DNA of 64,000 bases from the human T2T-CHM13v2.0 reference genome, Homo sapiens (GCF_009914755.1 NC_060947.1), one strand, 5' to 3'; positions 1-13,064 are shown, counted from the first letter of the stretch. Made by a program: numbers and translations. The notes: generated by a model from the sequence alone, not told the origin.

Positions 1-2097
1 GGAGTTCACCCATGAAATCATCTGGGCATGGATTTTTGTTTTATTTTTAGAAAAGTTTTTTGTTAATAAATATATTTATGAAGTATAGGGCTATGTGTTT
101 TTTCTATTCAATCCATTGGAAGTTTTGGTAAATTGCTTTGTTTCCAATGCATGTGTCAATTTTATCTAAGTTGTCAAAATTATTGTCATAAAGTTAATAT
201 TCCCTCACTATTCTTTTAATGCCTATATAACCTCTAATGATATCCCTCTTTCACGGCTGATATTAATGATTATTTTCTTTTTTCTTGATTAGCCTTCCTA
301 AGGGCTACACATTTGGTTGCTCTTTTAAAATATGTGTGATTTACTTACTTTTAGTTTGTTTTCTATTTTATTGATTTCTGCTCTTGTATCTCTATTATCT
401 CCTTCCTTCTACTTATTCGAGATTTACTTTGCTATTCCTTTTCTAGCTTCTTTAGGTGGAATGTTTTGTATATTTACTGATTTATATTAAATATTAAATA
501 TATTTTATATATTTACTGATTTCTTGTCTAGTGGTTATATCAGTTGCTGAGGCAGAGATGATGAAATCTCCAACTATAATTGTGGAAATGCCTAGTTGTT
601 CCTTTATACTGTCAATTTTTGTTTCATATATTTTGAGGCTCTGTTATTGGGTGCAAACATGTTTATGAGTTCTATGTGTTTCTGATTAATTGAACCTTAT
701 ATAATTATTACCTTTATCTCAGGTGATACTCTTTGGAACTCCACTTTGTCGGCTATTAACATAGACTTTCCCACTTTCTTATGCTTGCCCCTTGCATGGT
801 ATATAATTTACAACCTCTTACTATCAACCCATCTGAGTCTGTATATTAAAATTGCATTTCTTGGAGACAGCAAAAGTCTTGCTCTTTTATTCATTCTGAC
901 AATCTCTGCCTTTTAATTGGAGTGTTTAGCCCATTTACATTGAATGTTATGTTTGATATATTTGGATTTAGGTCTATCCTTTTACTATTTGCTCCATCTG
1001 ATTTTTGTTCCCATGTTCCCCATTTCCTGCCTGGATTAATCAAATATTTTTTGTAATTCACTTTTAATGTATCCGTTATCTTCTTAGCTATATCTCTTTG
1101 CATTTTTGTAGTGCTCACTCTAGAGATTACAATATATATATATATATTTAACTTTTCACTGTCGACTTAAAGTTAATATTGTGCATAAATGTAAGAAACT
1201 CTCCATCATATAGATTCACTTCCATTCCACCTCATCCTTTATGAGTTGCCAAACCCTAGTATATACTATTAAACTGTTTACTTTAAAGTCATATTATTAT
1301 AAAGAAATTAAGGGCAAATAACTATTCATTAATATTTACCCACACATGTACCATTTCCTGTGTTCTTCATTTCTACCCAAAGATCAAAGATTTCCTCTAG
1401 TTTAATTTTTCTTCAGATTGAAAGACTTCCTTTAGTATTTCTTTTAGTGCAGTTCTGTTGATGAATTTTCTTAGCTTTCCTATATCTCAAAAGATATTTA
1501 CTTCACCTTCATTCTTGAATTTGTTCTATTTCCCTAGATATAGAGTTCTGTATTGGAAGGTTTTTTTTTTCTTTCACTGTTTTAGAAATGTTGCTCCACT
1601 GTCTCCAGGCTTCCATTGTTTCTGATGAGAATTAAGTTCTTAATGCACTCCCATATGTAGAGTCATTTTACTCTGACTACTTTCAAGATTTTTCTTGCCC
1701 TTCTTTGTTTTCAGTAGCTTGACTACAATGTGCCTAGATGTTGCTTTCCTTTGTAATTATCCTCTTTGTGGTTCACCAAGTTTCATTAAATTTGTAAATA
1801 ATGGATTTCCTAAGAAAAATGATACTAGAGGAATTTTTCAGCCATTATTTCTTCAGATAGCTTTCCTTCCCCATTTTCTCTATCCCATCCTGGCACTCAA
1901 AATACACATTTGACCTTTATATATTGTCCCACAGACCACTGAGGTTCCATTCGTTTCTATTATTGTTCCTCTTGGTTTATCCGAATAGATCATTTCTATT
2001 GATCTAGCTTCAAGTTCATGACTCTTCTGTCATCTGCAATCTGTTATTAAGACAATCCATTGAATTTTTCACTTTATGTTTTTCAGTTCCGGAATTA
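1..2097 (-). mobile_element. Old LINE-1 (L1M-type) fragment, ORF1 to ORF2 5' region
   Basis: T-rich strand; minus ORF 891-1118 ends in NITFNVNGLNTPIKRQRLSE, the L1 ORF2 endonuclease N-terminus. The element resumes at ~5615 after a nested L1. Confidence 0.8.
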
Positions 2098-2107
2098 CAG
2101 TTGGTTT

Positions 2108-5100
2108 GTTTCTCTTTTTTAAATTTTTATTTTAGGCTTAGGGGTACATGTGAAGGTTTGTTGCATAGATAAACACATGTCATATAGGTTTATTGTACAT
2201 ATTATTACATTACCCAGGTAATAGTTATCTTTTCTCTTCCCCTCCCGTCACACACCCTCCATCCTCAAGTAGACCCCAGCATCTGTTGTTTCCTCCTTTG
2301 TGTTCATAAGTTCTTATCATTTAGCTCCCACTTATAAGCGAGAACATGCAGTATTTGGTTTTCTGTTCCTGTGTCAGTTTGCTAAGGATGATAGCCTCCA
2401 GCTTCATCCATGTTACTGCAAAAGACATGCTCTTGTTCTTTTTATGGCTGCATAATATTCTGTCATGTATATGTACCATATATTATTTATCCAGTCTGTC
2501 ATTGATAGGCATTTAGGTTGATTCTGTATCTTTGTTATTGTGAATAGTGCTGCAGCAAACATTCACGTGCATGTGTCTTTAGGGAAGAATGCTTTATATT
2601 CCTCTGGGTATATACCCAGTAATGAGATTGCTAGGTTGAATGGTAGTTCTGCTTTTACCTCTTTGAGGAATCTCCATACTGTTTTCCACAATGGTTGAAC
2701 TAATTTACACTCTCACCAACAGTGTATAAGTGTTCCCTTTTCTCCACAACCTCGCCAGCATCTGCTATTTTTTGACTTTTTAATAATAGCCATTCTGACT
2801 GATGTGAGATGGCATTTTGTTGTGGTTTTCATTTCCATTTCTCTAATGATCAGTGATATTGGGCTTTTTTTCATGTGCTTTTTGGCCACATGTATGTCTT
2901 CTTTTGAGAAGTGTCTGTTCATGTCTTTTGCCCACTTTTTAATGGGGTTATTTTTCTCTTGTAAGTTTATTTAATTTCCCTACAGATTCTGGATATTAGA
3001 CCTTTGTCAGTTGCATAGTTTGCAAATATTTTCTTCCATTCTGTAGGTTATCTGTTTACTCTGTTGATAGTTTCTTTTGCTGTACAGAAGCTCTTAAGTT
3101 TAACTAGATCCCACTTGTCAATTTTTGTTTTTGTTTAGATTCATTTTGGTTTCTTTGTCATGAAATCTTTGTCTGTCTCTATGTCCAGGATGGTAATTGC
3201 CTAAGTTGTCTTCCAGGGTTTTTATAGTATGGGGTTTTAGATTTAAGTCTTTAATTCATATTGAGTTGATTTTTGCACACAGTGTAAGCAAGGGGTCCAG
3301 CTTCAATCTTCTGCATATGGCTAGCCAGTTGTCTTAGCACCATTTACTGAATAGGGAGTCTTTTCCCCATTGTTTGTTTTTGTCAGCTTTGTCAAAGATC
3401 AGATGATCGTAGGTGTGCAGACTTATTTCTGGGCTCTCTATTCTGTTCCATTTGTCTATGTGCCTGTTTTTGTACCAGTACCATGCTGTTTTAGTCACTG
3501 TAGCCTTGTAGTATAGTTTGAAGTCAGGTAATGTGATCCATCCAGCTTTGTTCTTTTTGCTTAGGATTGTCTTAGCCATTCATACTCTATTTTGGTTCCA
3601 TATAAATTTTAAAATAATTTCTAGTTCTGTGACGAATGTCATTGATAGTTTGATAGGAATAGCATTGAATCTGTAAATTGCTTTGGGCAGTATAGCCATT
3701 TTAATGATATTGATTATTCCTATACATGAGCATGGAATGTTTTTCCATTTGTTTTTGTCTTCTCTAATTTATTTGACCAGTGTTTTGTAATTCTCATTGT
3801 AGAGCTCTTTCACCTTCCTGGTTAGCTGTATTCCTAGGTATTTTATATTTTTGTGGCAACTGTGAATGGGATTGCCTTTCTGATTTGGCTCTCAGTTTGG
3901 TTGTTGTTGGTGTATAGGAATGCTTCTGATTTTTGTGCATTGATTTTGTATCCTGCAACTTTGCTCAATTTTTTTATCAGCTGAAGGAGCTTTGGGGCCA
4001 AGACCATGGGGTTTTCTAGATATAGAATCATGCTGTCCGCAGATAGAGATAGGGTGACTTTCTCTCTTCCTATTTGGATGCCCTTTATTTCTTTCTATTG
4101 CCTGATTGCTCTGGCTAGGACTTCCAATACTATGTTGAATACAAGTGGTGAAAAAATGTATGCTTGTCTTGTGCTGGTTTTCAAGGGAGGAATGCTTCCA
4201 GCTTTTGCCCATTCAGTATAATGTTGGCTGTGGTTCTTATTATTTTGAGTTATGTTCCTTCAATATCTAGTTTATTGAGAGTTTTTAACATGAAGTGATG
4301 TCGAATTTTATCAAAAGTCTTTTCTGCATTTATTGAGATAACCATGTGGTTTTTGTCTTTAGTTCTGTTTATGTGATGAATCACGTTTATTGGTTTTCAT
4401 ATGTTGAGCCAAACTTGCATCCTAGGGATGAAGCCTACTTGATCATGGTGGATTAGATTTTTGATGTGCTGCTGGATTTGGTTTGCAAGTATTCTGTTGA
4501 GGATTTTTGCATTGATGTTCATCAAGGATACCGGCCTGAAGTTTTCTTTTTTTGTTGTGTCTCTGCCAGATTTTGGTATCAAGATTATGCTGGCCTCATA
4601 GAATGAGTTGGGGAGAAGCCCCTCATCCTTAATTTTTTGGAATAATTTCTGTAGGAATGGTAACGGATTGTCTTTGTACATCTGGTACAATTTGTCTGTG
4701 AATCTAGCAAGTCCTAGGCCTTTTTTGGTTGGCAGGCTATTTATTAGTGATTCAATTTCAAAGCTTGTTATTGATCTGTTCAGGGAATCAGTTTCTTCCT
4801 GGCTCAGTTTTGGGTGGATGTATGGGTCCAGAAATGTATCCATCTCTTCCAGGTTTTCTAATTTGTGTGCATAGAGGTCTTTGGAGTAGTTTCTGATGGT
4901 TGTTCTTAGTTTTGTGGGGTCAGTAGTAACATTCCCTTAATCATTTCTAATTGTGTTTATTTGGATCTTCTCTCTTCTTCTTAATTCATCTAGCTGGTGG
5001 CCTATTTTATTAATTTTTTCAAAAAACCAACTCCTGGAATTTCAAGCCAGTGGGTTTTATCTTGTGAGGTGCTGTGGAAGTGGGGGCTACAGGCTGTTGC

Positions 5101-5614
5101 TGCTCAGCCCCCTAGATTCAGCCTCTTTCCTAGGGGTATGTACAGGAGTCTAACCTTCCACTTTGCTGAAGCTGCAACTACTTTTGCCGGAAAGCCCAAG
5201 TATCTAAGGTTCCAGGTTCTCCACACATGCCTGAGCAGCTGCTCTGCCAAGAGCCATGGCTCTGTCTGTCAGACTGAAAACTGAAAGGCCCTGGTGGAGT
5301 GGGTTCACAAGGAGATCTGCTGACCCGAGGGTTGCAAAGATCTGTGGGAGAAGCGTGGTTTCCTAGAGTCGCTCATTCACTAACCACTTTCCTGGGTAGG
5401 GGAGGATCCCCTGGCTCTGTATTGCTCCCAGGTGGGCCATTGTTCTATTTTGCTTTTCTTTGTTCTCTGTGGGTCAAGTTGTTTCCTTGATTAATCCCAA
5501 TGCAAGTACCTGGATGTTTCAGTTGAAGGTGGTGTATTTACTCACCCCTTCTGTTCCTCTCTGTGAGAGCCACCCATACTACCTGCTTCTAGTCAGCCAT
5601 CTTGGCCACTCCCC
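2108..5614 (-). mobile_element. Younger L1 (L1PA15/16- or L1PB-like) with intact 5' and 3' ends but an internal deletion
   Basis: 3'UTR/poly(T) at ~2108-2400; ORF2 peptides ([39 protein letters not shown]); minus-strand 5' end GGGGAGTGGCCAAGATGGCTGACTAGAAG at 5614; imperfect TSD cagttggttt (2098-2107) / caattggttc (5615-5624). Confidence 0.85.
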
Positions 5615-5832
5615 CAATTGGTTCTTTTCAATAGTTTCTTTTTCTCTACTAAAATTTCCTATTTAAAACTTCATTGTTATTCTCTTGGGCCATGTTTGTA
5701 TATATTTTACATTTTTACACTTTTACCTTTTACATATTACACATAACATTTACATTTCTACACTACACAATTGGTTTTGTGTAAATCATAATAAACACAT
5801 CAGCCAAAGTGATAAGTAGGTTGGTGTATATA

Positions 5833-6130
5833 ATTCATTCATTAATTTATTCATAGATCCACCCATTCAACAAGCATTTACAGTGCACCTACTGTGTCAG
5901 GCATTATTCTAAGTCCTAGAAATTTAGAGACAAATTAGAAATAGTCTCTGTTCTTAAGAAGCTGCCAGAATGGTAAGAAGAGGCAGGCATGTAAACAAAT
6001 TTAGTAATACAATTTACTGGGGGTAGTGATAGGGTATGTACAGAGTACAGGGGGATACCAAGTGGGCAGGTCATACCTGGAAAGGGTCAGGAAAGTCCTC
6101 ACAGGGAAGGTACACCTTGCATTAGGATAG
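5833..6130 (-). mobile_element. LINE-2 3' fragment
   Basis: attcattcatt...cattcaacaagcatttacagtgcacctactgtgtcaggca resembles the reverse complement of the L2 3' end. Confidence 0.65.
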
Positions 6131-6307
6131 AGGAGGAAAGATAGAGGTACATATCAAAAACGTAGCAAACAATCATCAAATGGCTTGAAGAACATCAGGG
6201 AGAGGTGTCCAGTGAGCAGGTGGACATTGAGATTTAGAAAGCAGAAGTTGGTCCCAGAGAGCCAAACCTGATGGCATTTAGCCTTAAGGTGGTTGTGTGA
6301 AGCTGGG

Positions 6308-6669
6308 CGTATTAGTCTGTTTTCATGCTGCTGATAAAGACATACCCAAGACGAGGTAATTTATAAAGAAAAGGAGGTTTGATGGACTCACAGTTCCACG
6401 TGACCGGGAGGCCTCACAATCATGGCAGGGGGTGAAAGGCACATCTTACATGGCAGCAGGTAAGAAAGAAAATGAGAATCAAGCAAAAGGGGAAGTCCTT
6501 TATAAAAACATCAGATCTCATGGGACTTATTCACTACCATGAGAACAGTATGGGGAAAACTGCCTCCATGATTTAATTATCTCCCTCCAGGTCCCTCCTA
6601 CAACACGTGAGAATTATGGAGCTACAATTCAAGATAAAATTTGGGTGGTGACACAGCCAAACCATATCA
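6308..6669 (-). mobile_element. THE1 (MaLR) solo LTR
   Basis: gtattagtctgttttcatgctgctgataaagacatacc...acacagccaaaccatatca; 5-bp TSD ctggg at 6303-6307 and 6670-6674. Confidence 0.9.
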
Positions 6670-6860
6670 CTGGGTGAGGGGCTGATATCCCCAGATGGCA
6701 CCACAGGTAGCCTAAGAGGATGTGGGTGAAATAGAGTTGTTCTGAGCCTTAGTCAGTGAAGGAGACCGGAAAAGAATTTGTTGGAACTGAGGGCCAGAAG
6801 CCAAGCCTGAGACATTCAGAGCAAGTTTTACCTTTATACTTTATACTTTAAGGACGGAGG

Positions 6861-7045
6861 CTGTGGACTCAGGCCAGCCATGTGGCATTGAACAAACTAC
6901 TTAAACACTGTTTGGCTCAATTTCCATAACCATGAAACAGAAGTAATAATAGGACCTGCCTCAGGACTATTGTAAGAATTAGATGAGATAATATTTATAA
7001 AACAATGTCTGGCACATAGCAAACAATCATCAAATAATAGCCTTT
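6861..7045 (+). mobile_element. MIR SINE
   Basis: MIR core-like ctcaatttccataaccatgaaacagaagtaataataggacctgcctcaggactattgtaagaattagatgagataat...tggcacatag. Confidence 0.7.
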
Positions 7046-7239
7046 GTTATCAATTTATTGTTTTAATGGATATGAAAAACTAGAGAATTAATTTTAACCC
7101 CTCAATCACTAGATTGTAACACAGATGCATTCATTTATTTGAGAAATATTTATGAAGCATCTACTATGTGCCAGGCATGTTTTTTGGTACTATCAGGGAG
7201 AAATCAATATCTATGGTCTTAAGACCTTAACCTGGTGTT

Positions 7240-7545
7240 AAGATCTCAAAGGATCTACGAATCAGATGGGGAAAAATGCATCCTTATTTTTACTAAAATA
7301 ACTAAACTTTAGTGTTTCCTTCAATTATGAATGTAGGCAACAAACCACAACAGTATCGGCAATACATGTGACTTTGTCACCAACAGAAATAAATATTTTC
7401 ATATCACATTACAGTTATTGCCAATAGCTAGACACATTTGCTGGAAATAACATTTCATCAATTTATGGCATTGGTAAAGAACCTTTAAGTACTGCTGTTT
7501 TACTTGTTAATGAAGAAGCACATATATCAATATAAAAATCATTAT
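7240..7545. mobile_element. Old DNA transposon fragment (hAT-Charlie-like)
   Basis: tttccttcaattatgaatgtaggcaacaaaccac...gtgactttgtcacca resembles a recalled Charlie-type consensus; subfamily uncertain. Confidence 0.45.
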
Positions 7546-7739
7546 GAGCATGCTTTATGTTCTCGACTATGGTCAGCCCAGGGTGAGTTTCCCTTGGATG
7601 CTTTTTTCCTTGAGTATCAGGACAATTCTTGTTTCTTGTAGTAATCTAGCATTATATCCTAGACACTGTCCATAATGAATTCTAGTAGATTTGGCTTCTT
7701 GGTTTCTGTTATATTTCTCCGAAGATGAGTCATTGTTTG

Positions 7740-7780
7740 TTATTGTTGTTGTGGTGGTGGTGGTGGTGGTGGTGGTGGTT
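7740..7780. repeat. (TTG)n/(GGT)n trinucleotide microsatellite
   Basis: ttgttgttgtggtggtggtggtggtggtggtggtggt read directly. Confidence 0.9.
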
Positions 7781-8786
7781 TGTTGTCTTAGTAGACAACT
7801 AAACTAGCTAAACTCACATGAAGTCTCCTCTGTATTGGGTACCAACTGCAATCTCCAGACTCCGTTTCTTTGGTATTGGGCATCAGCTGAAACCTCTGCT
7901 CAGTTCTTTTCTTGGACTCAGCCCTGTGCTTGCATGGCTCCAGGGTCAACCAGAGATTTGGGCAGAGTGTACAGGCCAAACATGGAGCTCCTCAACACGG
8001 TGCTTCTCTACTCCCAGGTATTGCCCCTCCTGCTTTCCCTCTGCCATGGCCACCCTAAAATCTGCTCTCTGGGTCTCTGAGTTTTAGCCACCCAGCACAG
8101 CATCCTCTGTGGCCCACACTCACATGCAGACAAGCAAGAAACTCACCTTTGCAGAGAGGAACAAGATTACAAATCTCACCGCAGTGCTCAGCAGTTCAGG
8201 CTCCCCTGTGGCTCCCACCAATGACTGGGCAGACATTGCAAGACTCGGGATGCTGCCAAGAGAACCACGGCTACCAGTGCTTCTCAGGGAATGGGTGGCA
8301 CGACGCCTGCCACCAGCAGCCCAGCCTGAGTGAAATCTGTGGGGACCCTGCTTCTTCCCACCTCGGGCCTCAGACTCAGTGGATAGTAGGTTCATATGAT
8401 TGGTGGAGCCTGAGTTAGGTGCCCATGCTGTAGCTACAAGAGAAGCTGGGAGAGTGAATACTAACCATCTTTGAGATCTAGAGTGGGAGGCAAACTCTAC
8501 TTCATGGGATAGGCAATGCCCCAAACAAAGAATGGTTAATATAAAAATGATTGTCATTGTCTACTTTATATGGTATTAAATGGACAGAAGAAAGAAGAGA
8601 AACACAGATTAAGAAACAAATAAAACACACAGATTACCAATATCAGGAATCAGGGTGGTGTTATCACTGCAGATAATAATAGAACATTGTGTACAATTTT
8701 ATATTAATAAATTTGGCTACTTACATGAAATGGGCAAATTTCTTGAAAGATACAAATAGCAAAGCTCAGTCAAAAAGAAATAGATA

Positions 8787-8996
8787 CAGGCATACCTCTG
8801 AGATAGTATGCCTTCTGTTCCAGACCAGGGCAATAAAGCATATATCACAATAAGCCAGTTACCCAAATTTTTTGGTTTCCCAGTGCATACAAAAGCTATA
8901 GCCTGTTAAGTGTACAGTAGTATTATGTCTGAAAAAAAATGTACTCATCTTAATTTTAAAATATTTTATTGCTAAAAATGCTAATGATCATCTCAG
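8787..8996. mobile_element. Tigger1 terminal fragment
   Basis: Starts ta|caggcatacctc (Tigger1 TIR), followed by ttttttggtttcccagtgcata...tgctaatgatcatct. Confidence 0.8.
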
Positions 8997-9287
8997 AGTT
9001 TGGTGTGTGGTGAGGGCCTTCTTACCATGTCCTCATATGGTGGAAGGCAGACGCAAAACAGCAAGCTAACCAGATGCTGCATGAAGCCTCTTTTATAAGG
9101 GCCTTAATTCCATTCCGAGGGAGTAGCCCTCTGGTCTAATCACCTTTTAATAGATCTGGGTCTCTCCCTCTTCTTCCTTCTGTCCATTTAATACTATATA
9201 AAGTAGACAATGACAATGCCTCACCTCTTAATAATATCACATTGGCAACACCTGAATTTTGGAAGGGATACATTCAAACCACAACAT
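8997..9287 (-). mobile_element. MaLR LTR fragment (MST/MLT1A-like) interrupted by a ~65-bp insertion
   Basis: gcctcttttataagggc...ctaatcacc...cacctcttaataatatcacattggcaacacctgaattttggaagggatacattcaaacc. Confidence 0.7.
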
Positions 9288-9553
9288 CCAGTCTCAGGCA
9301 TTTTTTCATGGCAGTGCAAATGGACTAAGACAATTTCCAAATAATTTTGTTGAGTGAAAGGAACCAAACACAAAAGAAGACTTATTATAACATTTTATTA
9401 TATAAAATTCTAGAAAATACCCTATAGTGACAGAAAGCAGATCATTGGTTGCCTGGGGACAGGAGAGGAGAAGAGAAAGGGATAGTCATGGGCATGAGGA
9501 AACTTTGAAGGTGATGGAAATCCTTATTGCCTTGATTGTGGTGATGGTTTCAT

Positions 9554-9555
<2 letters not shown>

Positions 9556-9591
<36 letters not shown>
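9556..9591. repeat. (GT)n microsatellite
   Basis: Read directly. Confidence 0.95.
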
Positions 9592-9596
<5 letters not shown>

Positions 9597-9660
9597 CTTA
9601 TCAAGTTGTTTAGCTGAAACATGACAAATTCACAGTTTATTGTCTGTCAAATATATCTCA

Positions 9661-10575
9661 GTGTAAACAGACAACCTACAGAATGGGAGAAAATCACCTG
9701 ACAAAGGTCTAATATCCAGAATATAACCCCATCAAAAAATGGGCAAAAGACGTGAACAGACACTTCTCAAAAGAAGACATACAAGTGGCCAAAAAACATA
9801 TGAAAAAAATGCTCTCATCACTAATCATCAGAGAAATGCAAATCAAAACCACAATGGGACACTATCTCACTCCAGTGAGAATGGCCATTATTTAAAAGTC
9901 AAAAAATAAGAGATGCTGGAGAGACTGTGGAGAAAAGGGGATACTTATACACTGCTGATGGGAATGTAAATTATTTCAGCCACTGTGGAAAGCAGTTTGG
10001 AGATTTCTCAAACAACTTATAACAGAGCTACCATTTGACCCAGCAATCCCAGTACTGGGTATATACTCAAAGGAAAATAAATCATTCTACCACCAAGACA
10101 CATGCACCTGTATGGTCATCACAGCACTATTCACAATAGCAAAGACGTGGAATCAACCTAGGTGATCATCAGTGGTGGATTGGATAAAGAAAATGTGGTA
10201 GGCATTCACCACAGAATGCTATGCAGCCATAAAAAAAGAATGAAATCATGTCCTTTGCAGCAACATGGATGCAGCTAGAGGCTGTTATCCTAAGTGAATT
10301 AATGCAGGAACATAAAACCAAATGCCACACATTCTCATTTATAAGTGGGAGCTAAACATCGGGTACTCGTGCGCATAAAGATGGGAACAACAAACAATGG
10401 GAACTACAAGAGGGGTCAGGGAAGGAGGGGTCAAGGGTTTAAAAACTAACTATTGTGTACTATGTTCAGTACTTGGATGACAGGGTCATTCGTACCCCAA
10501 ACCTCAACATCACACACTATACCCAGGCAACAAACCTGCACATGTACCCCCTAAATCTAAAATGAAAGTTGAAAA
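9661..10575 (+). mobile_element. 5'-truncated L1 (L1PB-like): ORF2 end and 3'UTR
   Basis: gaacagacacttctcaaaagaagacataca..., aatgaaatcatgtcctttgcagcaacatggatg, aacctgcacatgtacccc. Confidence 0.85.
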
Positions 10576-10739
10576 CATAAAATTTCTCAGGAACTACATG
10601 TGTGTGTATATATATATACATACATACACACACACATATATACACACACATTGCACATAATGGGCTAGCTTTCTCTTTTGTCTCTCTCTCTATATATACA
10701 CACACACATATATATACATATATATATACTGCACATAAC

Positions 10740-11325
10740 ATTGGGCAAACTACTTGAACAGACACTTTACAAAGAAAGATATAGAAATGGCCAGTGAGCA
10801 CATAAAAGCATACTCAACATAATTAGTCATCAGGGAGATGATAATTGAAATAACAATGAGATGCCACTTCCCACCCTTTCAAATGGCTAAAAATAAAGGC
10901 TGACAACCTCAAATGTTGATGAGGATGGGAAAGAAAAGGAGCTCGCATACATTTCTGGTGGGAATGTAAATTGCACAACCACTTTGGAATACATTCTGGC
11001 AGTTTCTTATAAAACATAAAACTATCCTGTGATGTGGCAATTCATCTCTTAGGTATTTGCCCAAGAAAAATGAAAGCATATGTCCACACAAAGATGTGTA
11101 CATGAATATTCATAGTAGCTTTATTTATAATCGCCCAAACTGGAAACAGCCCAGATCATAACCTGGTGAATGAACAAACCAACTCTGATATATCCAAACA
11201 ATAGCATACTACTCAGCGATAGCACATTCAACAACATAGATAAATCTTGAAAACATCACGTTGAATGAAAGAATCCAGACACACAATAGTACATACGATC
11301 TGATTCCATTCATACAGAATACTGG
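10740..11325 (+). mobile_element. Old L1M 3' fragment directly upstream of the promoter
   Basis: ggtgggaatgtaaattgcacaaccactttgg, gaatattcatagtagctttatttataat, aaatcttgaaaacatcacgttgaatgaaagaa. Confidence 0.75.
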
Positions 11326-11499
11326 CTTTCCAGTCTTCGCCCTCAGTTCCCGACCCTTCACTCCCCCCACCACCATCTTGAAGATGCCCAAGGGGGAGAG
11401 GTCCCTTCCATTCCTTCGTTCCTTCCTTCGTCTGCTGGTCGATTTGTTCGCTCGTTCATTCATTCATTCGCACGCTCATTCCACTCCTCCCCACCTCCA

Positions 11500-12150
11500 C
11501 CCAAGCGTCCAGCCCGCGCGCGCCGCTCCCCCGCAGGCTGATCAGACTTGCCTGCCCAGTCCGCCCCCGCCCAAACCCCGCCCCCTTCCCGCCACGCCCC
11601 CTTCCCGGGCCAATCGGGGACGAGACTGGGGCCGGGGCGGGGCCTCGCTCCCTCAGAACCCCCGGCGGCGCTCACGGCTCCGGAAACGCGCCGCGGGGCT
11701 GTTAGCTCGGCTGGGCACGGGCGGCTCCGTGGCGCTTCCTGCCACGCCAGGCCTGCCTGGGCCGCGCCAGCGCCGCTCCACCGAGGGCCGCGCGTCGGCC
11801 GCCGCCGGGCCTGGGTGAGTGTGCGGGCCGCGGGAGGATGTGCGGGGGGCGCTGGAGGGGCCGCAGGGCGGAGGTGATCGTGGGGGCGGCAGGAGGACGT
11901 GTGGACCTGAGTGAGCGTGCAGGGCCGCGAGAGGATGTGCAGGGGGTGCAGGACTGTGTGCGGGGCTGGAGCGAGTGTGCGGGCCGCAGAAGAGTGCACG
12001 GTGGAGGGAGGGGGCGTCTCTGGGCAGTTGGAGAGCTGCTCGGCCTTGGGCGGGCCAGAGCAGGGAACGGGTCCCGGATGACGAGTACGAAGAGGCCCGA
12101 AGGCCTTCCCGAGGCGGGCGGGGGGCGGCGATCCCGGGTGGGAATCGCTA
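11500..12150 (+). promoter_or_regulatory. ZNF275: CpG-island promoter of ZNF275
   Basis: Very GC- and CpG-rich; GC boxes (ccgccc ~11561, ggggcggggc 11634-11643), CCAAT at 11610-11614, ETS-like ccggaa ~11680; no obvious TATA box. Confidence 0.85.
11700..11814 (+). other. ZNF275: ZNF275 non-coding exon 1 (start approximate)
   Basis: Consensus donor TGG|GTGAGT at 11815 inside the CpG island; the TSS cannot be fixed from sequence. Confidence 0.7.
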
Positions 12151-12991
12151 AAGTGTAGAGGCCTGCTCTGCTCTTTGGGGGACGCTAGGAGATGGGAACC
12201 GCTCAGGGGCGGAGAGAAAGGACCCCTGCCCCTAGCTCCTAGGAGCCCGATCTGGAGGGGGCATTGTAGGGGTGGGGGTTAAAGGACTTTTCCCTGGTCT
12301 AGGGGAGGGACTGAGCCGCAGTCTGGGAGCTGGGAGGGTGGGCCAGGTGGGAACAGTTCCCGCTGGGGAGTCCCTCCTTTCCTTTTGAGTGGGTGGGAGT
12401 GGGGGGGGGCGGTTAAGCCTCAGCTTGGTGGGGAGAATGGGGGCCGGTAGGTAGCCTAGAGAGAGAGCTGTGGAGAGGCAGGGGAAAGGGGGCGGTGAGC
12501 CGAGCTCAAGGCCCTCTGTCTGAACCAGTCTTTTTCTGTCGCCCTACTGGGGGCCGCCATCTCCCACTTCAGTGCCCCCGCCCCCTTAAACTCCTTTGCT
12601 GGCTCCTCCAGTCTATATTTGGGTGATTAATTATATATCTTTTCCACACACACCCCCCACTCGCCTGCCGCCCAAAGTCCATGGTCCCTTTCAAACAACC
12701 CCCTGCCCCCATTCCTGGCCCACTTCCCAGAGGTCCCACCCTGCCACCTTGTTCCAACTGAAGCCCTCCAGCCAGCCTTGACCTAGCTGGGCATGCGGCC
12801 CCCTCCAGTCTCCTTAGTCAATGAAACATTTCCTCTTCAACCTCAGCCCGACATTTTTCCTTTACAAGAGAATTTCAGATGGGATTGCTGGAACAGCACC
12901 TCCCCTAGGTACTAATGCTGCCTCAGCCCCTCCCCACCCTCACCTTCCCCCAACCCTGCAACATTGGACCTTCAAGTAGAAGCCACTTGCA

Positions 12992-13064
12992 CAGTATCTG
13001 GCCCAGTTCAGTACATCCCCACAAAATGTTACTAGGGGGATGTACTGAACTGGGTCAGACACTG
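12992..13064. repeat. 73-bp palindrome (29-bp arms, 15-nt loop) in intron 1
   Basis: cagtatctggcccagttcagtacatcccc (12992-13020) versus ggggatgtactgaactgggtcagacactg (13036-13064); 27/29 complementary. Confidence 0.95.

Noticed and set aside
11261-12158. Several 100-185-aa ORFs across the promoter
   Set aside because: Expected stop-codon depletion in a CpG island; low-complexity P/A/G/R peptides.
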